Shown piece after piece: positions 11,644-28,559 of a DNA stretch of 64,000 nucleotides (position 1 is its first letter; every line of letters begins with the position of its first letter). Source of the DNA: Escherichia phage CMSTMSU. The notes below the pieces were generated by a model, which saw only the letters and a list, made by a program, of their open reading frames with translations, was not told the origin of the DNA and ran no database searches. Location of the stretch: sequence record MH494197.1; one strand, written 5' to 3'. The translations under genes were made by a program, and so were the position numbers.

Positions 11644-12687
11644 TTACTTACCTTGTTGTTTCAAACGAGCAACTAGTGCAGATGCAGAAAGTTGTTCTTT
11701 TGGAGCTTCAGCTACTGGTGCTGGTGCAGCAGCTACTGGTTCAGCAGCAGGAGTAGGAGTAGCTACTGGTGCTTGCGGTGCAGGAGTTTGTGCAGGAGCA
11801 GGTTGTTGTACTGGAGCTTGTGGAGCAGGTTTGTTTTCACTAATAGTACCAGTTGTTGGTTTTGTACACCTGCTGGACGGTAAGCGAAAGCCCAACGTGC
11901 AGGGTCATAAGGTTTACCATCAACAGATGCTTCGAACATTTCTTCGATAGCTTTTAGTTCTTCTGAGTTGGTTGTTTTGGCATAAAATCATTTAGATTAT
12001 ATAGACCAAACTTTTCAATCGCTGCCAGTTCTTCTTCATTGAGTGGACGCTCTGACATGGAGAATTGAGACATGTCATAGCTATTGTAACCACCACCATT
12101 CTTAGTTTTAACAATACCAAAGTCACGACCGTGAATGTAGTGAGTTGGTAGTTCTTTGATGCCCGGTTTAGCAGGATAGATTTAACTTTATCAAAGATAT
12201 CTTTGTTAGCTAGGATACGACGGATTGGGTTTTCTGGAGCAATATCGTCTTTTACTGCTACGCTATCAGAGCAACGAAACATTGCATTAGATAGGTTTTC
12301 TTTTCCAGTAACGACCAGCCATTGCTTTCAGTTCTTCGTTTCCAGTTTCATTCGCACTTTGGAACCATTGACGTACTTCTTTAAGAATTGGACATGATTT
12401 AGGAACCCACATTTCGTTACATGGTACTTGAACGGTAACTTTATCGGTGTGCATACCAACAATACCTTGGAACGTTAGGTTGATCATATCACGTTCACGC
12501 CAGAAGAATGGGTTAGACTCATCAGCATCTGGTAGAAAACGTAGGTTTAGTGGTTCATTGTAAGGGACATTCCAGAAAGCTAGGAAAGAATCGGCTTTAC
12601 GTTCACCTGTAAATGTACCATTCTTCTGTGCTTCTGCTTTTCTTGTTCAGCTTTTAGTTTTGCACGAATTTCAGCTAGAGTTTGCAT
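11644..12687 (-). CDS. gp32-like single-stranded DNA-binding protein (frame-disrupted)
   Basis: N-terminus ...NLRFLP... resembles T4 gp32 (IRFLP); ends in a Pro/Ala/Gln-rich tract. Confidence 0.65.
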
Positions 12688-12774
12688 ATTGGGCTTCCTT
12701 GTCATTAGTTTGTTTGTTAAGTTTTAACGGGCTATTAACGTTGATTTGTCTTCATTGACTCATCAACAATTTAC

Positions 12775-12803
12775 ATTATATCATGGGATTTTTAACCGTC
12801 CCA
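12775..12803 (-). promoter_or_regulatory. Early promoter for gp32-like gene (TGGGAC, 17 nt, TGaTATAAT)
   Basis: Minus-sense TGGGAC (plus 12798-12803), -10 at plus 12775-12780. Confidence 0.45.
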
Positions 12804-12841
12804 AGGTTTTTTACTCTGTTTGTCAAGGCTCATTGCCCTGA

Positions 12842-18073
<5,232 letters not shown>

Positions 18074-18078
18074 GATTT

Positions 18079-18148
18079 GATAAATAATATCATAGAGATC
18101 AGGGAATATTGCCTTAAATTTAAATGTGGTTTATATTTTTGATAAATA
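18079..18148 (+). promoter_or_regulatory. Two copies of late-promoter-like TTGATAAATAATAT
   Basis: Identical 14-mer at 18076-18089 and 18138-18151; core gATAAATA; followed by SD AAGGAG and ATG at 18195. Confidence 0.4.
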
Positions 18149-18194
18149 ATATTAAGCAGGGTGTTCCTGCACAAAATTTGACAAGGAGATTTTT

Positions 18195-18791
18195 ATGAGT
18201 CTTAATTCTTTTAACCGTAACTATGGTATGTCTGCTACTGCTCGTGAATACTGGGTGGTAACAATGGTTTCGTAACCATCGTTGTTGATCTACCAGCAGA
18301 TGTTGAAGTTGGTACTACCGCTGTTACTTCTGACGGTTCCGAAATTCAAGATGAAGCACTACAAACTGCAATCAGCAATGCTCAATACAACCAATTCATG
18401 ATTACCCAACTACTACAACAACGTGCAGTACTAGTTACTACTTCCGTACTAGCTCTAGACACCGCTGTTGTTATCCCTGCTGACTTTAAAACCGTTGGTG
18501 GTAACGTAATCGCGTTTGGTACTAGTGGTGCTGATGTTGCAGGTGGTGCTGGTTCTGTTGCTCTAACCTTCATCTGTGAACGTCAAGACGTATTTGACAA
18601 ACAAGAAGTTCGCCCGTGCTGCTTACTCTGTTCCAGTTGATCCAACTGTTGAACTAGCTAAAGCTATTGCACAAGCTAAATTCTTCCGTACCAAATCTTA
18701 TGTTGCTCTAGGTACTGATGGTGTTGGTGATGCTGCTGCCGCTGACGCTGTTGCAATTAAAGTTCGTGCTGCTCTACCAGTACAACTATAA
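18195..18791 (+). CDS. Late protein, tandem paralog A (likely virion protein; frame-disrupted)
   Basis: Plus-strand island within a minus-strand block; shares ...QQRAV..TS...VFDK... with paralog B. Confidence 0.5.
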
Positions 18792-18804
18792 TAGGGGACT
18801 ACAA

Positions 18805-19494
18805 TATGTCTAATACTAATACTTCTTTGAACGTATCAATGGTTATTCCTTTGATAAAATTCTAGGTTACTTCTGTGGCAAAAACGCCCTAGCATCTATC
18901 GCAATTAGTAAAATTGGTAATGTTAACGTGCGTGTTACTGGTGCAGTTGGTTCTTTCGCTGGTCTACAACGTTTCCTAAACACTGACGTAGCTGATGAAA
19001 TCGTTGCATATCTAAACGAAAAAGGTATCATCCGTATCGATGGTACTCCATTTGAAGCAGCAACTCTAGAAGCTGATTATAACGCTGCTTACGCTGCACA
19101 AACTAACGTTAAACGTATCGTTGATGTTGTTCAACAACGTGCAGTTATCATCGCTACTTCCGAAATCGCTGGCAACGACGCTGAACCATTTGCAGTTACT
19201 GGTTTTACCAACGCTGCTGACGGTATCCTAAGTGTTGGTGCTGTTGATATCGCTAGTGCTTCAGTAGTTACTTTCCTCGTTGAACGTGCTAACGTATTTG
19301 ATAAAGATATTCAATCTTTCCAAGGCGTTCCAAGTACTGAAATCGAAGAAGGCCGTCTACTAATCGATGACCTAACCGCAGTTCCACTACTTGCTAATGA
19401 TGGTGTTACTGAAGTTGTTCTACGTTCCCAAGCTGCTGATGCTGCGGGTGACTTCGGTATCAAACTATTCAAATTCATCCCAGCGATGGTTTAA
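18805..19494 (+). CDS. Late protein, tandem paralog B (likely virion protein)
   Basis: Paralogous to 18195-18791; one frame break near the N-terminus. Confidence 0.5.
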
Positions 19495-19511
19495 TAAATT
19501 AAAGATAAAAG

Positions 19512-19540
19512 AAAAGGAGAGCTTTTGCTCTCCTTTTTAT
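19512..19540. terminator. Bidirectional intrinsic terminator
   Basis: AAGGAGAGC-tttt-GCTCTCCTT flanked by A/T runs on both sides. Confidence 0.7.
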
Positions 19541-19576
19541 TTGTATGAACGAAACCCTTCAGGTAAACCGTAGATT

Positions 19577-20190
19577 CTCTAACCCTTCGTTCGCATTCAC
19601 TAGCTTTACGTCATAATCATCACTGAAATCATCCGTAGCTAGTTTACGCCCCATGTCTCTAACGAAGTTGTCAATAATTTCTTCTTCGTCATTGCGGATG
19701 ACCTTCCGCTTTTAACTTTTTCCAAAAGTATTCATTATAATCAAAACAAATTCAACTTCATTTGTTTCTGGATTAAGTACTACATCCAAATCAATCCAAG
19801 GTTCTTTACGTAAAGTAAAGATTTCCTTTGAATACTCTTGTTGTGTAATCTCTTCATAACGATATGCAAACTCGATAGCTTTAAGACGTTTGTCATCACC
19901 ATCAGGCATTAGTTCGATTACTTCCATATCATACTCTTTTGAGTAATTGCACCAGTACTTAATTTAGCATCAAGTAATTTTACATTATACTCATCACGGG
20001 TAATCTTGGAATACTTCAATTGTACATCTGCCTGTGCTATTAGATAATCAAGAGTTTCTAATACATTGTATTTCTTTTGATATCCAACTGTGCTATATCA
20101 ACTTCATATGGTGTTAGATATGTAAGTTCTGCAACTAACATATCAGCTTCATAATCATCGTTATAGTAGTATGCTTTCGCAATCTCTTTC
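19577..20190 (-). CDS. Hypothetical protein (frame-disrupted)
   Basis: ORF 19712-19927 plus flanking frames. Confidence 0.35.
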
Positions 20191-20193
20191 GCT

Positions 20194-20547
20194 TTACCAG
20201 AAAGTCCCCAGTGAGCGGGACCATCCAGAAAGGAATAAACCTTTTTTAGCCATTTGATTTCTTACCAAAATTTCTTCAATTTTCATCACATAATATGTGT
20301 CTTCACCACCACCAAGATCTTCAGTGATAGGAGTGTTTAGTGATGAACGACCAAATACAACCATATCACCAACACAAATATTATGTTCTGCAATTTGTCC
20401 ATTAGGTAGTACTTTACCTTCACCAACTGAAATCACCATACCAACACATGGTGGTTCAACGTTTCCTAGGATAATACCACCAGTACTTTTGTTCTGTGCT
20501 TCAATTTGACGAACCAGTACATAATCGTTAATCATTTTAATTTTCAT
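20194..20547 (-). CDS. GroES/Cpn10-like co-chaperonin
   Basis: MKIKMINDYVLVRQ...KSTGGIILG...GMVISVGEGKVLPNGQ...VGDMVVFG tracks bacterial GroES; SD GGAGG. Confidence 0.7.
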   Translation of the reverse strand: MKIKMINDYVLVRQIEAQNKSTGGIILGNVEPPCVGMVISVGEGKVLPNGQIAEHNICVGDMVVFGRSSLNTPITEDLGGGEDTYYVMKIEEILVRNQMAKKGLFLSGWSRSLGTFW

Positions 20548-20749
20548 ATCAGTAACCTCCAGTGTTTGCAAACCATTTACCACGGAAATAAAGATTAGCA
20601 CCTTTATCACGGGTAAAACTTCCAACTTCATAGTCTTCTCACCATTACATTGTGGACAATCATGAGGTTCTTCACGATTGGCAATTTTACAATCTTTTCT
20701 AAACTGTGTTTACATTCTTCTTTTCACAACGATATGTATATAATGGCAT
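20548..20749 (-). CDS. Small zinc-ribbon protein, FmdB-like (frame break)
   Basis: MPLYTYRCEK... then ...HDCPQCNGEK in a shifted frame. Confidence 0.35.
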
Positions 20750-20785
20750 TTTTGTCTTCCTTTACTTATTTTTAAATCAAAATTT

Positions 20786-20814
20786 GGGGAACTCCATGTT
20801 CCCCATTATTTATA
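20786..20814 (-). promoter_or_regulatory. Late promoter TATAAATA with adjacent hairpin
   Basis: Minus-sense TATAAATA at plus 20807-20814; hairpin ggggaac/gttcccc at 20786-20804. Confidence 0.45.
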
Positions 20815-21544
20815 TTAGCAACCAGTTACGTAAATCTTGTATACTGCAATACCAGTGTCTAGAGTTACGTTTAGCATACCAGTTTTGGTAATACCTAGGG
20901 TAACAGATTCTGCGTTAGAAACGCGGGATAGAGCTTGTAGAACACGGTCAATGTTATAACCAAAACCAAGACCTAGTTCACCTTCAGTTTTAGAGAATGC
21001 TAGTGCACCAACGTGGTTACTTTTGTTCTTCTCACCAACGTGGAAGTAAAGAGTATCACCTTCAGTGTATGGAGTTACTAGAGAACTGAAAGATTTAAAC
21101 ACACCAGAGAAGCTTTTAGTTCCTGAACTTTAGCTGCACTAGGTGTAACCTGTACGTCATATGGTTGTTCGTGGAAACGAGGCTGGGCTGGAATTAGTTT
21201 TTCTGGTTGAACCATGAAAGTAGTGCTTGCATCTTCTGCTTTGAATGCTAGGCTCTTAACTGCACCATCTTTCAAATTAGAAGTGATAGTAGTTCCTTCA
21301 GTACTGTAAGTTTTAGAGACATTAGACCCTGTAGAAGACCTAGGTTACCAAGACCAAAACGACCTTGAACTTCTGGTACGTCTTCTTTAGTGTGAGCACG
21401 CATAACTAGGGTGCGGTCATCGGTGTATGCTTCCATGTAAACACGCTGTCCATCACCACGGTCTTCACTGCTAACTGCGATACAAGAAAAGTCGATGCCG
21501 TTGGTAGTGTTAACTAGGTCACGTAGTACGTTGCGTAGATCCAT
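20815..21544 (-). CDS. Hypothetical protein, possibly sliding-clamp-like (frame-disrupted)
   Basis: ~240 aa over three ORFs; weak recalled resemblance to T4 gp45. Confidence 0.3.
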
Positions 21545-21610
21545 TATATAATTCTCCGTTTTATTTGTTAATCAAAAATGTTTTGTATGCTTCAGATTAC
21601 TACAAGCACC

Positions 21611-21639
21611 ATTATATCTCGTGAATGATGCTTGTCTCA
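21611..21639 (-). promoter_or_regulatory. Early promoter (TGAGAC, 17 nt, TATAAT)
   Basis: Minus-sense TGAGAC (plus 21634-21639), -10 at plus 21611-21616. Confidence 0.4.
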
Positions 21640-21645
21640 TTTTTA

Positions 21646-22089
21646 TCAGTATTTTGTGTTCCAACGTTTAAGGTACGGCTTATCAGCGTTTGCACCTGCA
21701 CCAATGTTGAATTTGTAACGTAGATGTTCTAAGTCTTTTAACGTGTTAACATCTTCAACAATGACAACTTTGCGTTTCTTTTCAATAGAATAGACGTCAA
21801 CAATCTCACCGTCGATTTCAACAGAACCAGTTCTGGTGAAACCAGCAGACATTAGAACAACTTCATCATCATTATTGTATGCAAGTACTGAATTTACGAT
21901 AGTACTATCTTCCAGTACTGCACCAACACGCTTATAGATATTTTCCATATTACTCTCCTTGGGATGCACTCCATAAAACGTACTGTTCCACGCCTCGTTA
22001 ACACTGTCCTCAGACAGTGCTAGTGATTCATCAGAGAATACGTCATTTACTTCGTCATATTTTAGTTTAGTTTCGTCTGCAATAATCAT
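21646..22089 (-). CDS. Hypothetical acidic protein
   Basis: 147-aa ORF with SD. Confidence 0.35.
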   Translation of the reverse strand: MIIADETKLKYDEVNDVFSDESLALSEDSVNEAWNSTFYGVHPKESNMENIYKRVGAVLEDSTIVNSVLAYNNDDEVVLMSAGFTRTGSVEIDGEIVDVYSIEKKRKVVIVEDVNTLKDLEHLRYKFNIGAGANADKPYLKRWNTKY

Positions 22090-22183
22090 AATATTTTCCT
22101 TACGGTGAAGAATCCGTTATTAACGGCTGCTGTACTTTTCTCATGAATACCAATATCCATATCCAGAATACCAAAAATGTTTT

Positions 22184-25094
22184 CTAATTTTTAGTTAGAA
22201 CTATTTCTTCCATTTTCTCTGTATCAAATGGTAGTTCTAGGAACCATTCAGGTAGATATTCCACACAGTCAATTGGATAACCTACTGCTTTGATACCCAT
22301 CGGGTTATCTTTTAAGTTACATACAATTACTTTTGTACCGTCAGTTACTTCAGGTACAGTTTTGTCATCATATACTTCACGTAGACGGTTCCATTGAATA
22401 CCTGCTAATACATGACCAACTTTACATTTACCAGAAACTTCATATTCTGCTTCTAAGTTGGTATAGTTCTTAACAGTTTTCGGTGAACCTTTTTCGTGTA
22501 CTGGCATGTCTTTAAATACCTCTTTAAAGTCACGTACACGCTGTTTAAGTTGAGCTTCAGACTCACCCACCAGCAATGCAATTAGAGTCTCTTCTAGGAA
22601 GTTCTGGATGTATTTTGGCGTGTCTGAACGTTTAATTTCAAGACCCATCGCTTTAATTTCACCGGCTTACCATCAACATCTTTACGGAAACCATCTTCCC
22701 AGTACTTGAGAATTGCATAACGCTTTTCTTCAGGAATAGACCACGGAACCGACCATCTCTAAGTCTGCACCAACAATCTTACCTTTCTCAATACCAGTAT
22801 TGAACATTTCGTTCATGAATGAAGGGAATGATTCGCCAACTTCATCACCGATTTTGATATACATGTCAACGATTTCTTCTTTAGAAAGATTATATGGAAT
22901 ACCTTGTTCTTTCAGGTAATGAGTTACACTGAAGTAAACGGAGTCAGTATCACCGTAAATCACAGAGCCACCTTGATGATTATAAACACCAGTAGTGATT
23001 TCATTGATACGGCTTGCCATATGTTTAGTCATAGAACGACCAGTTAAGGTAACGGACTGACCTAAACGCTTATCAAAGAAACGTGAACCTTTGTTCAATA
23101 GTGCACCATATAGACTGTTTAGAAGAATCTTACGAATTTGCTGGTTCTGTTTCCAGAATGCACTTTGCTGTTTGAAGTAATTCTTATCTTCCGGTGCACA
23201 GAAAATACGACCATCTTTCAGTACTAAACCATTTTCCACAATGAGTTTTGCAACTTCTTCCCATTGACCTTTACCAATAGCAATACGTAATAGATAAACA
23301 GGATCATTGTCATGTAAGTTTGTACGGAACATTGTACCACTTGTGTAGTTAGATAGCAAAGGTTCAACCTTCTCAGAACCATTGAATTCCCACCCATCAC
23401 TGTACATGTGTTTGTAGTCGATTACCATTTTTGTTGTGCTTTACGCTCAGAATACCATTGAGTAAGAATATCTGGAATTACACCATACTTAGACTTATCA
23501 AAAAGTGTTCCGTTAGCACTTAGTACAATAGTACTGTCTTCAGCAAAGATAATATCATACAATTCTTTACCAGTTGCATTGAACGAACTACCATCTTCTA
23601 AATCAACAATCAAAGTTTTGTCAGATTTTTCATGAACCATTGTAAATTCTACAGCAGCAAATAAACCATGCCATGCTGCGGTCCAATCAGGTTCAAACGC
23701 TTTAGATTTGGATTTAGCTTTTTGTTCTTGTACTTTAGCAGCAAGATATGCATCAGTGTAGTCTTGACGAAGTTGTCCAAGAATACATTCAGTACTCATG
23801 CCAAGTGTACGTAGTACAGTTGGATACAATGAGTTAAAGTCTGTACATCCCAAATCGCTAACAAGGCCAAGAACTGGATCTTGAACCCATGCACCAGCAG
23901 CTTTTGCACTGATTTTCTCATCTTCTTCATCACCTTCTTCACCATAGTACTCCATCTCTGGATCTAACTCAAAATCATCCTTCGGTGCTTTGTTAAAACA
24001 ACTTCACCGCGTGAGTGAGCGAGGTTGATAATAGCAGTGTCGATTAGTGCAACAGAACCCATTGTGGTACTAATTAGTACACATTCTTTATGAGCAAGAC
24101 GGTTATGCAGGTTGATAAAGTCACATTTAGCATCAATTTTCTTTAGAAGAATACTATCCTGCTTAGAATAACGCAAGAATGTAATGTAATCTTCTCGGTA
24201 TAATTTATCCAATGAACCTTCATAGGATACTTTGTTTTCTTTAGTTACTTTTTCAGCAATATAATCTAGTTTGTACGACTGTTCAACTTGACCAGCATGT
24301 TTCTTATAAAGAGCAAGATAGTCTAAGTGTACGCGACCAATAAGATCATACGTTACTACAGTTTTACCAAAGTTATCAGCTTCACGAGCATTTGGTTTTT
24401 ATTCCACAAGCACCAACGAGCAGTAGTTGCTTCATTGAAGATTTTCTTGGTACGGTTTACCATATATGGAATATCAAAGAATTCACTGTTCCAACCTGAA
24501 ATTACATCAGAGTCATCGATTAGACTAAAGAACTCCATAAACATTTCTTTCTCATCCGTATAAAGGATGACAGTACTGTTAGGTCGTTAGTTTCTTCGTT
24601 TAACTGACGAACAATATCTTGTGCTTCGTACATTTCCATATCAGTTGGTGGTAAAGTCAGTACATAATCCTTACCAGTCCATGATTGATATAGAGAAATT
24701 GCAGTTACACGGTTGAATGGATCTGATGGTGGAGCATAACCAAACTTCTTATGGAAGTCGGTTTCGATATCGAAAAATGCTACGTTCAAATCCGGCGAAC
24801 CTTTACCCATGTATTCTCTAGCCAACGTTTTGAAGGTAATGTTGCAATCACTTTCAAAAATACGTAGACCTTCATTTTTATGTTGCTCAACGCTTTTATT
24901 CATCTGTGATTGAGTTTCAAACTCCAAATGCTTTGCGTTGGTTCCATAAATTGTTTTGTGTTCACCAGTAGGAGATTCAACATAATATTCATATACTGGG
25001 TCCAACTGACGTAGAATACGTTTACCGTTTTACGTTCTGCTACGTGCAAAATATCACCAGTACGTTTACGTTCCATATAAGCATCGATATACAT
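22184..25094 (-). CDS. Family B DNA polymerase, gp43-like (frame-disrupted)
   Basis: Exo I FFDIETD, motif A SLYPTV, motif C YGDTDSVYF, thumb GLEIKRSD, spread over at least five ORFs. Confidence 0.85.
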
Positions 25095-25174
25095 CGTTTG
25101 TATTCCTTTACGTTTATTAAGTTAAAAATAAAGCCCCATTCATTGGAGGCTATAAAGTTTAGTTTTAGTACTTA

Positions 25175-25479
25175 TTAGTAATCGTCATCTGCTTGTGGCA
25201 AATTGTTAGTAACACTTAGGATAGTTTCGATGTTATCGAGTTTGTTTTGTTTGTCAAAGTAATCGCCTTTGTAGATACGTTGAGCGGCTTGTTTGATATC
25301 GGATGCATCAATACCTAGTTCATCAGAGATGGAACTAATGAAATCTGCATAGGATGCTTTGGTGTCGTCAATAAAAGTAAGTTGTACTACTGCGTTGTTT
25401 AGTGCATCACCTAGACGTTTACGTTGTTCATCATTTAGGTCACGAATTTCAACTTTAACTTCTTTTTAGCTTTTGCCAT
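25175..25479 (-). CDS. Small protein, possibly DsbA-like dsDNA-binding protein
   Basis: ~100 aa; ...DELGIDASDIKQAAQRIYKGDYF... resembles T4 DsbA from memory. Confidence 0.3.
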
Positions 25480-25659
25480 TTGTTTGCTTCTCCATGTGTT
25501 TTGAAAAAATGTCATCTCACAACCGCTGTAAGATGACTACATTGTATCACTACTTACGATTTTGTTCCAAAAACTTTTAAACAGGTTTAACAGGGAACGA
25601 AAACTTCTTCTTACTAAATTCAGATGTTGTTAGAGATGATAGCTCAAGAACATATGCTT

Positions 25660-26092
25660 TCAACTTAGAAACAGTTCTATTTCATAATCAGTTGCTACCT
25701 CAAGATCTATCGCCATCTTAATGTTATTCAACTCATTAATTGCTACGGTTCTTAATTCTTGGTGCTCAGATGATAGACGTTTGATCTTTTCATCAGTAGA
25801 TTCAACATAATCAGAAATTTTACTTCCATCATAGATTTTACCAACTACTTCATCTTCATCTCCATCATGCTCCAACTCAGAAACACTGTATCCATACGGT
25901 ACTAACAATGTTACATCATATGATGCTTGTGCAATATATCCATCGTCAGAGTACTGAACTTTTAAAGTATCTTGTCTGAATTCGCTTTGACAATCATACC
26001 AGTCAATACCCTCATCTGACAATAGATAAAGAACATTATCGCCATGTTTTTTCTACTGGGATATATTTTTGAAATTTTTATACGTTTTCATA
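25660..26092 (-). CDS. Acidic protein downstream of fibre gene; possible fibre chaperone
   Basis: Start overlaps the fibre stop (TAATATG). Confidence 0.3.
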
Positions 26093-27717
26093 TTAAGACT
26101 CCACTACTACGTTAGTCCATACACCATTTACTAGTTTTTGTGTATATCTCCAACTCAAACCTTCAACGTGTGTACCTGAACTACCATTTACTGAAATAAA
26201 CAACCCATCCAGTGTAGCACCTTCTGGTACATAGTTCCAAGAAGAATCAGGAACATTTCGCGTAGTTGTTCTTTTACTTAAACGAACATCTTGTACAGCA
26301 CCTAGTGTTAAAGTTACGTTACCGTTTGCATCAGCGTTGTTACCGTTAATAGATCTGACGATGTTTTTACTAGCAACAGTTGCTGTGTTTCCAGAAATAG
26401 ACAATGATGCACCAGTTACTGATGGAGCATAAAGTACACCAGAAGAGTTAATTGTAACTTCAGAACCACCATTACTTCTCAAACGTAATGTATTTGTTGA
26501 TGAACTGTGATAAATTGCTGCACGTTCAGTAGTTCCTGCCGCGTTACGGAAGTAAAGTACCAAAGATGTGTCGTCTGAACGAATTGTTGCACTGTTAGCA
26601 ATACTCAATGAACCAGACATTGTATCACCAGTTTTCAGTACATAACGGGTGTTTGCAACTTTTCACTCAACGCAACGTTGGACTCAGCAATGTTATATAA
26701 GTATGCCACATTGAAGTGTGGTACGTCAATATTACTAATTCCGTGGCTGTGTGCTTGACCACTACCAACAGTGTTCGTAGAGCCACTGAAACTATGCACG
26801 TGATCAGGTGCTTCGTTAATGTTATTAATTACAGTTGGGATTCCGTTGTCGTTACTGGATGTTAACGCATTAAGACCACTTCTGTCCATACCTTTAGTGC
26901 CTGACTATGACCATGACGACCAGCAGCACCAGTAGTTCCACTGAAACTAAATGAGTGCGGTGGAAGTTGAGCAATTGATATAGCAGTGCCACTAATTGAT
27001 GCACTACTTGCAATCACACTATCAGTTTTAGTTACGCCTGATGTGGTAATGCCTTTCAAGTATGCTTCTTGGTTAAGATTTGGAACTTGTTTTGTGATTG
27101 TACCATTTTCACCAGCCCATGTCCACCACATTCCATCAGCAAAACACCAACCATCAGAAGTTTTCCACGGAGAACCTTGTGAACCATTACGACCACTTTG
27201 ACCATTAGTTACACCAGACATCTGTTCACGAATACTAGCAACAGTTTGTCCAGAAGTCAATGAGTACTGGTAATTGCACGGGCTTCATTGAAGTATAAAG
27301 ACCTGTTGGGCCAGTACCGCTACTTGATGGAATAGGGAATACGATATTTAAATTCGTACCACTAATGCTCGCACTTGGAACAGCACTACTACTATATGTT
27401 ACTGTTTCAACTTTTAAATTCAGTTTACGGTTCACTTCATCGAGTGAAATACGGATTGGTTCAAGAATTGTATCAGTATCATATACTGCAATCCAACTTG
27501 TACCGTTGTGGTATTTTAACACCAACTCATTTCTATCAAATACCATCGCACCTTGCTCACCTGCTGGCAATGCCTGTACTGGTAAAATGACAGAAGATGA
27601 ATTAAAACGAATAGGTCTTGGATTAGTTGGTGTACCACCAAGCACTATTAGTTCTAAAGATCCATTAGCACCAGTACTAGTCATAGTATCCAGTGGGTTA
27701 TTAAAACTTATGCTCAT
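26093..27717 (-). CDS. Tail-fibre-like protein with HxH motifs (frame-disrupted)
   Basis: Ser/Thr/Gly/Asn-rich; HGHSQ, HVHSFSG, HSHGIS; AATAAATA upstream. Confidence 0.45.
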
Positions 27718-27758
27718 GTATAAATCCCTTTAATGATTAATATATACTATATTTATTA

Positions 27759-28067
27759 CTATAGCAAGTCGTTTTCCATATCGTCAAGAACAGAATCAAC
27801 GATGTTCGCTGCTATCTTCTTAGGCATCTTGAACCACTCGGTGTTAGGTTGCCTTACTGCGTTCATTTGTTTTAGTCTTTTGTGAATTTCTTTCTCTGCT
27901 AAACGTGCATCTTCAAAGTGTACTTCATGGTATACCACAAAATCTCTAAAAGGTGTAGCAGTTTGATATGTCCTTAAACGCTCTGTCATTTCAGATTTAC
28001 TGGTAAATCCTATCTTAACATAATCAGGCCATGCATCATTTACTATAACATAACATATCTGTGACAT
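27759..28067 (-). CDS. T5orf172 (GIY-YIG-like) domain protein
   Basis: CYVIVNDAWPDYVKIGFTSKSEMTERLRTY...TEWFKM matches the T5orf172 domain pattern. Confidence 0.6.
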   Translation of the reverse strand: MSQICYVIVNDAWPDYVKIGFTSKSEMTERLRTYQTATPFRDFVVYHEVHFEDARLAEKEIHKRLKQMNAVRQPNTEWFKMPKKIAANIVDSVLDDMENDLL

Positions 28068-28134
28068 AGAAAATATCTCCATCAGTAATATGAAGATATT
28101 TATTAATCAAGTAATTCGGAAATTTACCCCAGCA

Positions 28135-28466
28135 TCAATTAGGCGTTGGAATGGGTTTGTGGCTCGAATTCAGAAGGAGTTTTGAAATGTTCAGTACTGG
28201 AGCATCAGCATGTAACTTTGACATACGTTCTTTGTACTTATCTAAGTATTCTTCATATAACATATCTTCAGTGTTACTATTAAGTATGTCTTCGATAAAT
28301 GAATCAATACTATAGTCCAGTCTATCATCATTATAATACAAAGTTTCACTAGCTTCATCATAACCAACTAAAGTTCCGTATGGAACATTAATCTCAATTT
28401 TGAGTACTGACTCTTTAAGTACTCTTCTTTCTTAAAATGTATACAGTTAACATTGGTATCCTCCAT
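28135..28466 (-). CDS. Hypothetical small protein (frame break)
   Basis: ORF 28135-28341 plus upstream start with SD GGAGG. Confidence 0.3.
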
Positions 28467-28489
28467 AGTTTTATGTATTTAGAATTTTA

Positions 28490-28516
28490 GTCAAAGAAAA
28501 GGACTCGAAGAGTCCC
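28490..28516 (-). terminator. Intrinsic terminator after the capsid gene
   Basis: Minus-sense GGACTC-ttcg-GAGTCC then TTTTCTTT. Confidence 0.55.
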
Positions 28517-28559
28517 TATTGTTTTAATTTCTTGATTAAATCTTTTAAATCGATTACAA

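Noticed and set aside
11621-11950. Plus-strand Cys/Gly/Ala-rich ORFs (11621-11950 and 11692-11883)
   Set aside because: They are antisense shadows of the Pro/Ala/Gln-rich repeat at the 3' end of the gp32-like gene.
25120-25150. Terminator between the DsbA-like gene and the polymerase start
   Set aside because: Only a 4-bp stem can be drawn ahead of the T-run; too weak to call.
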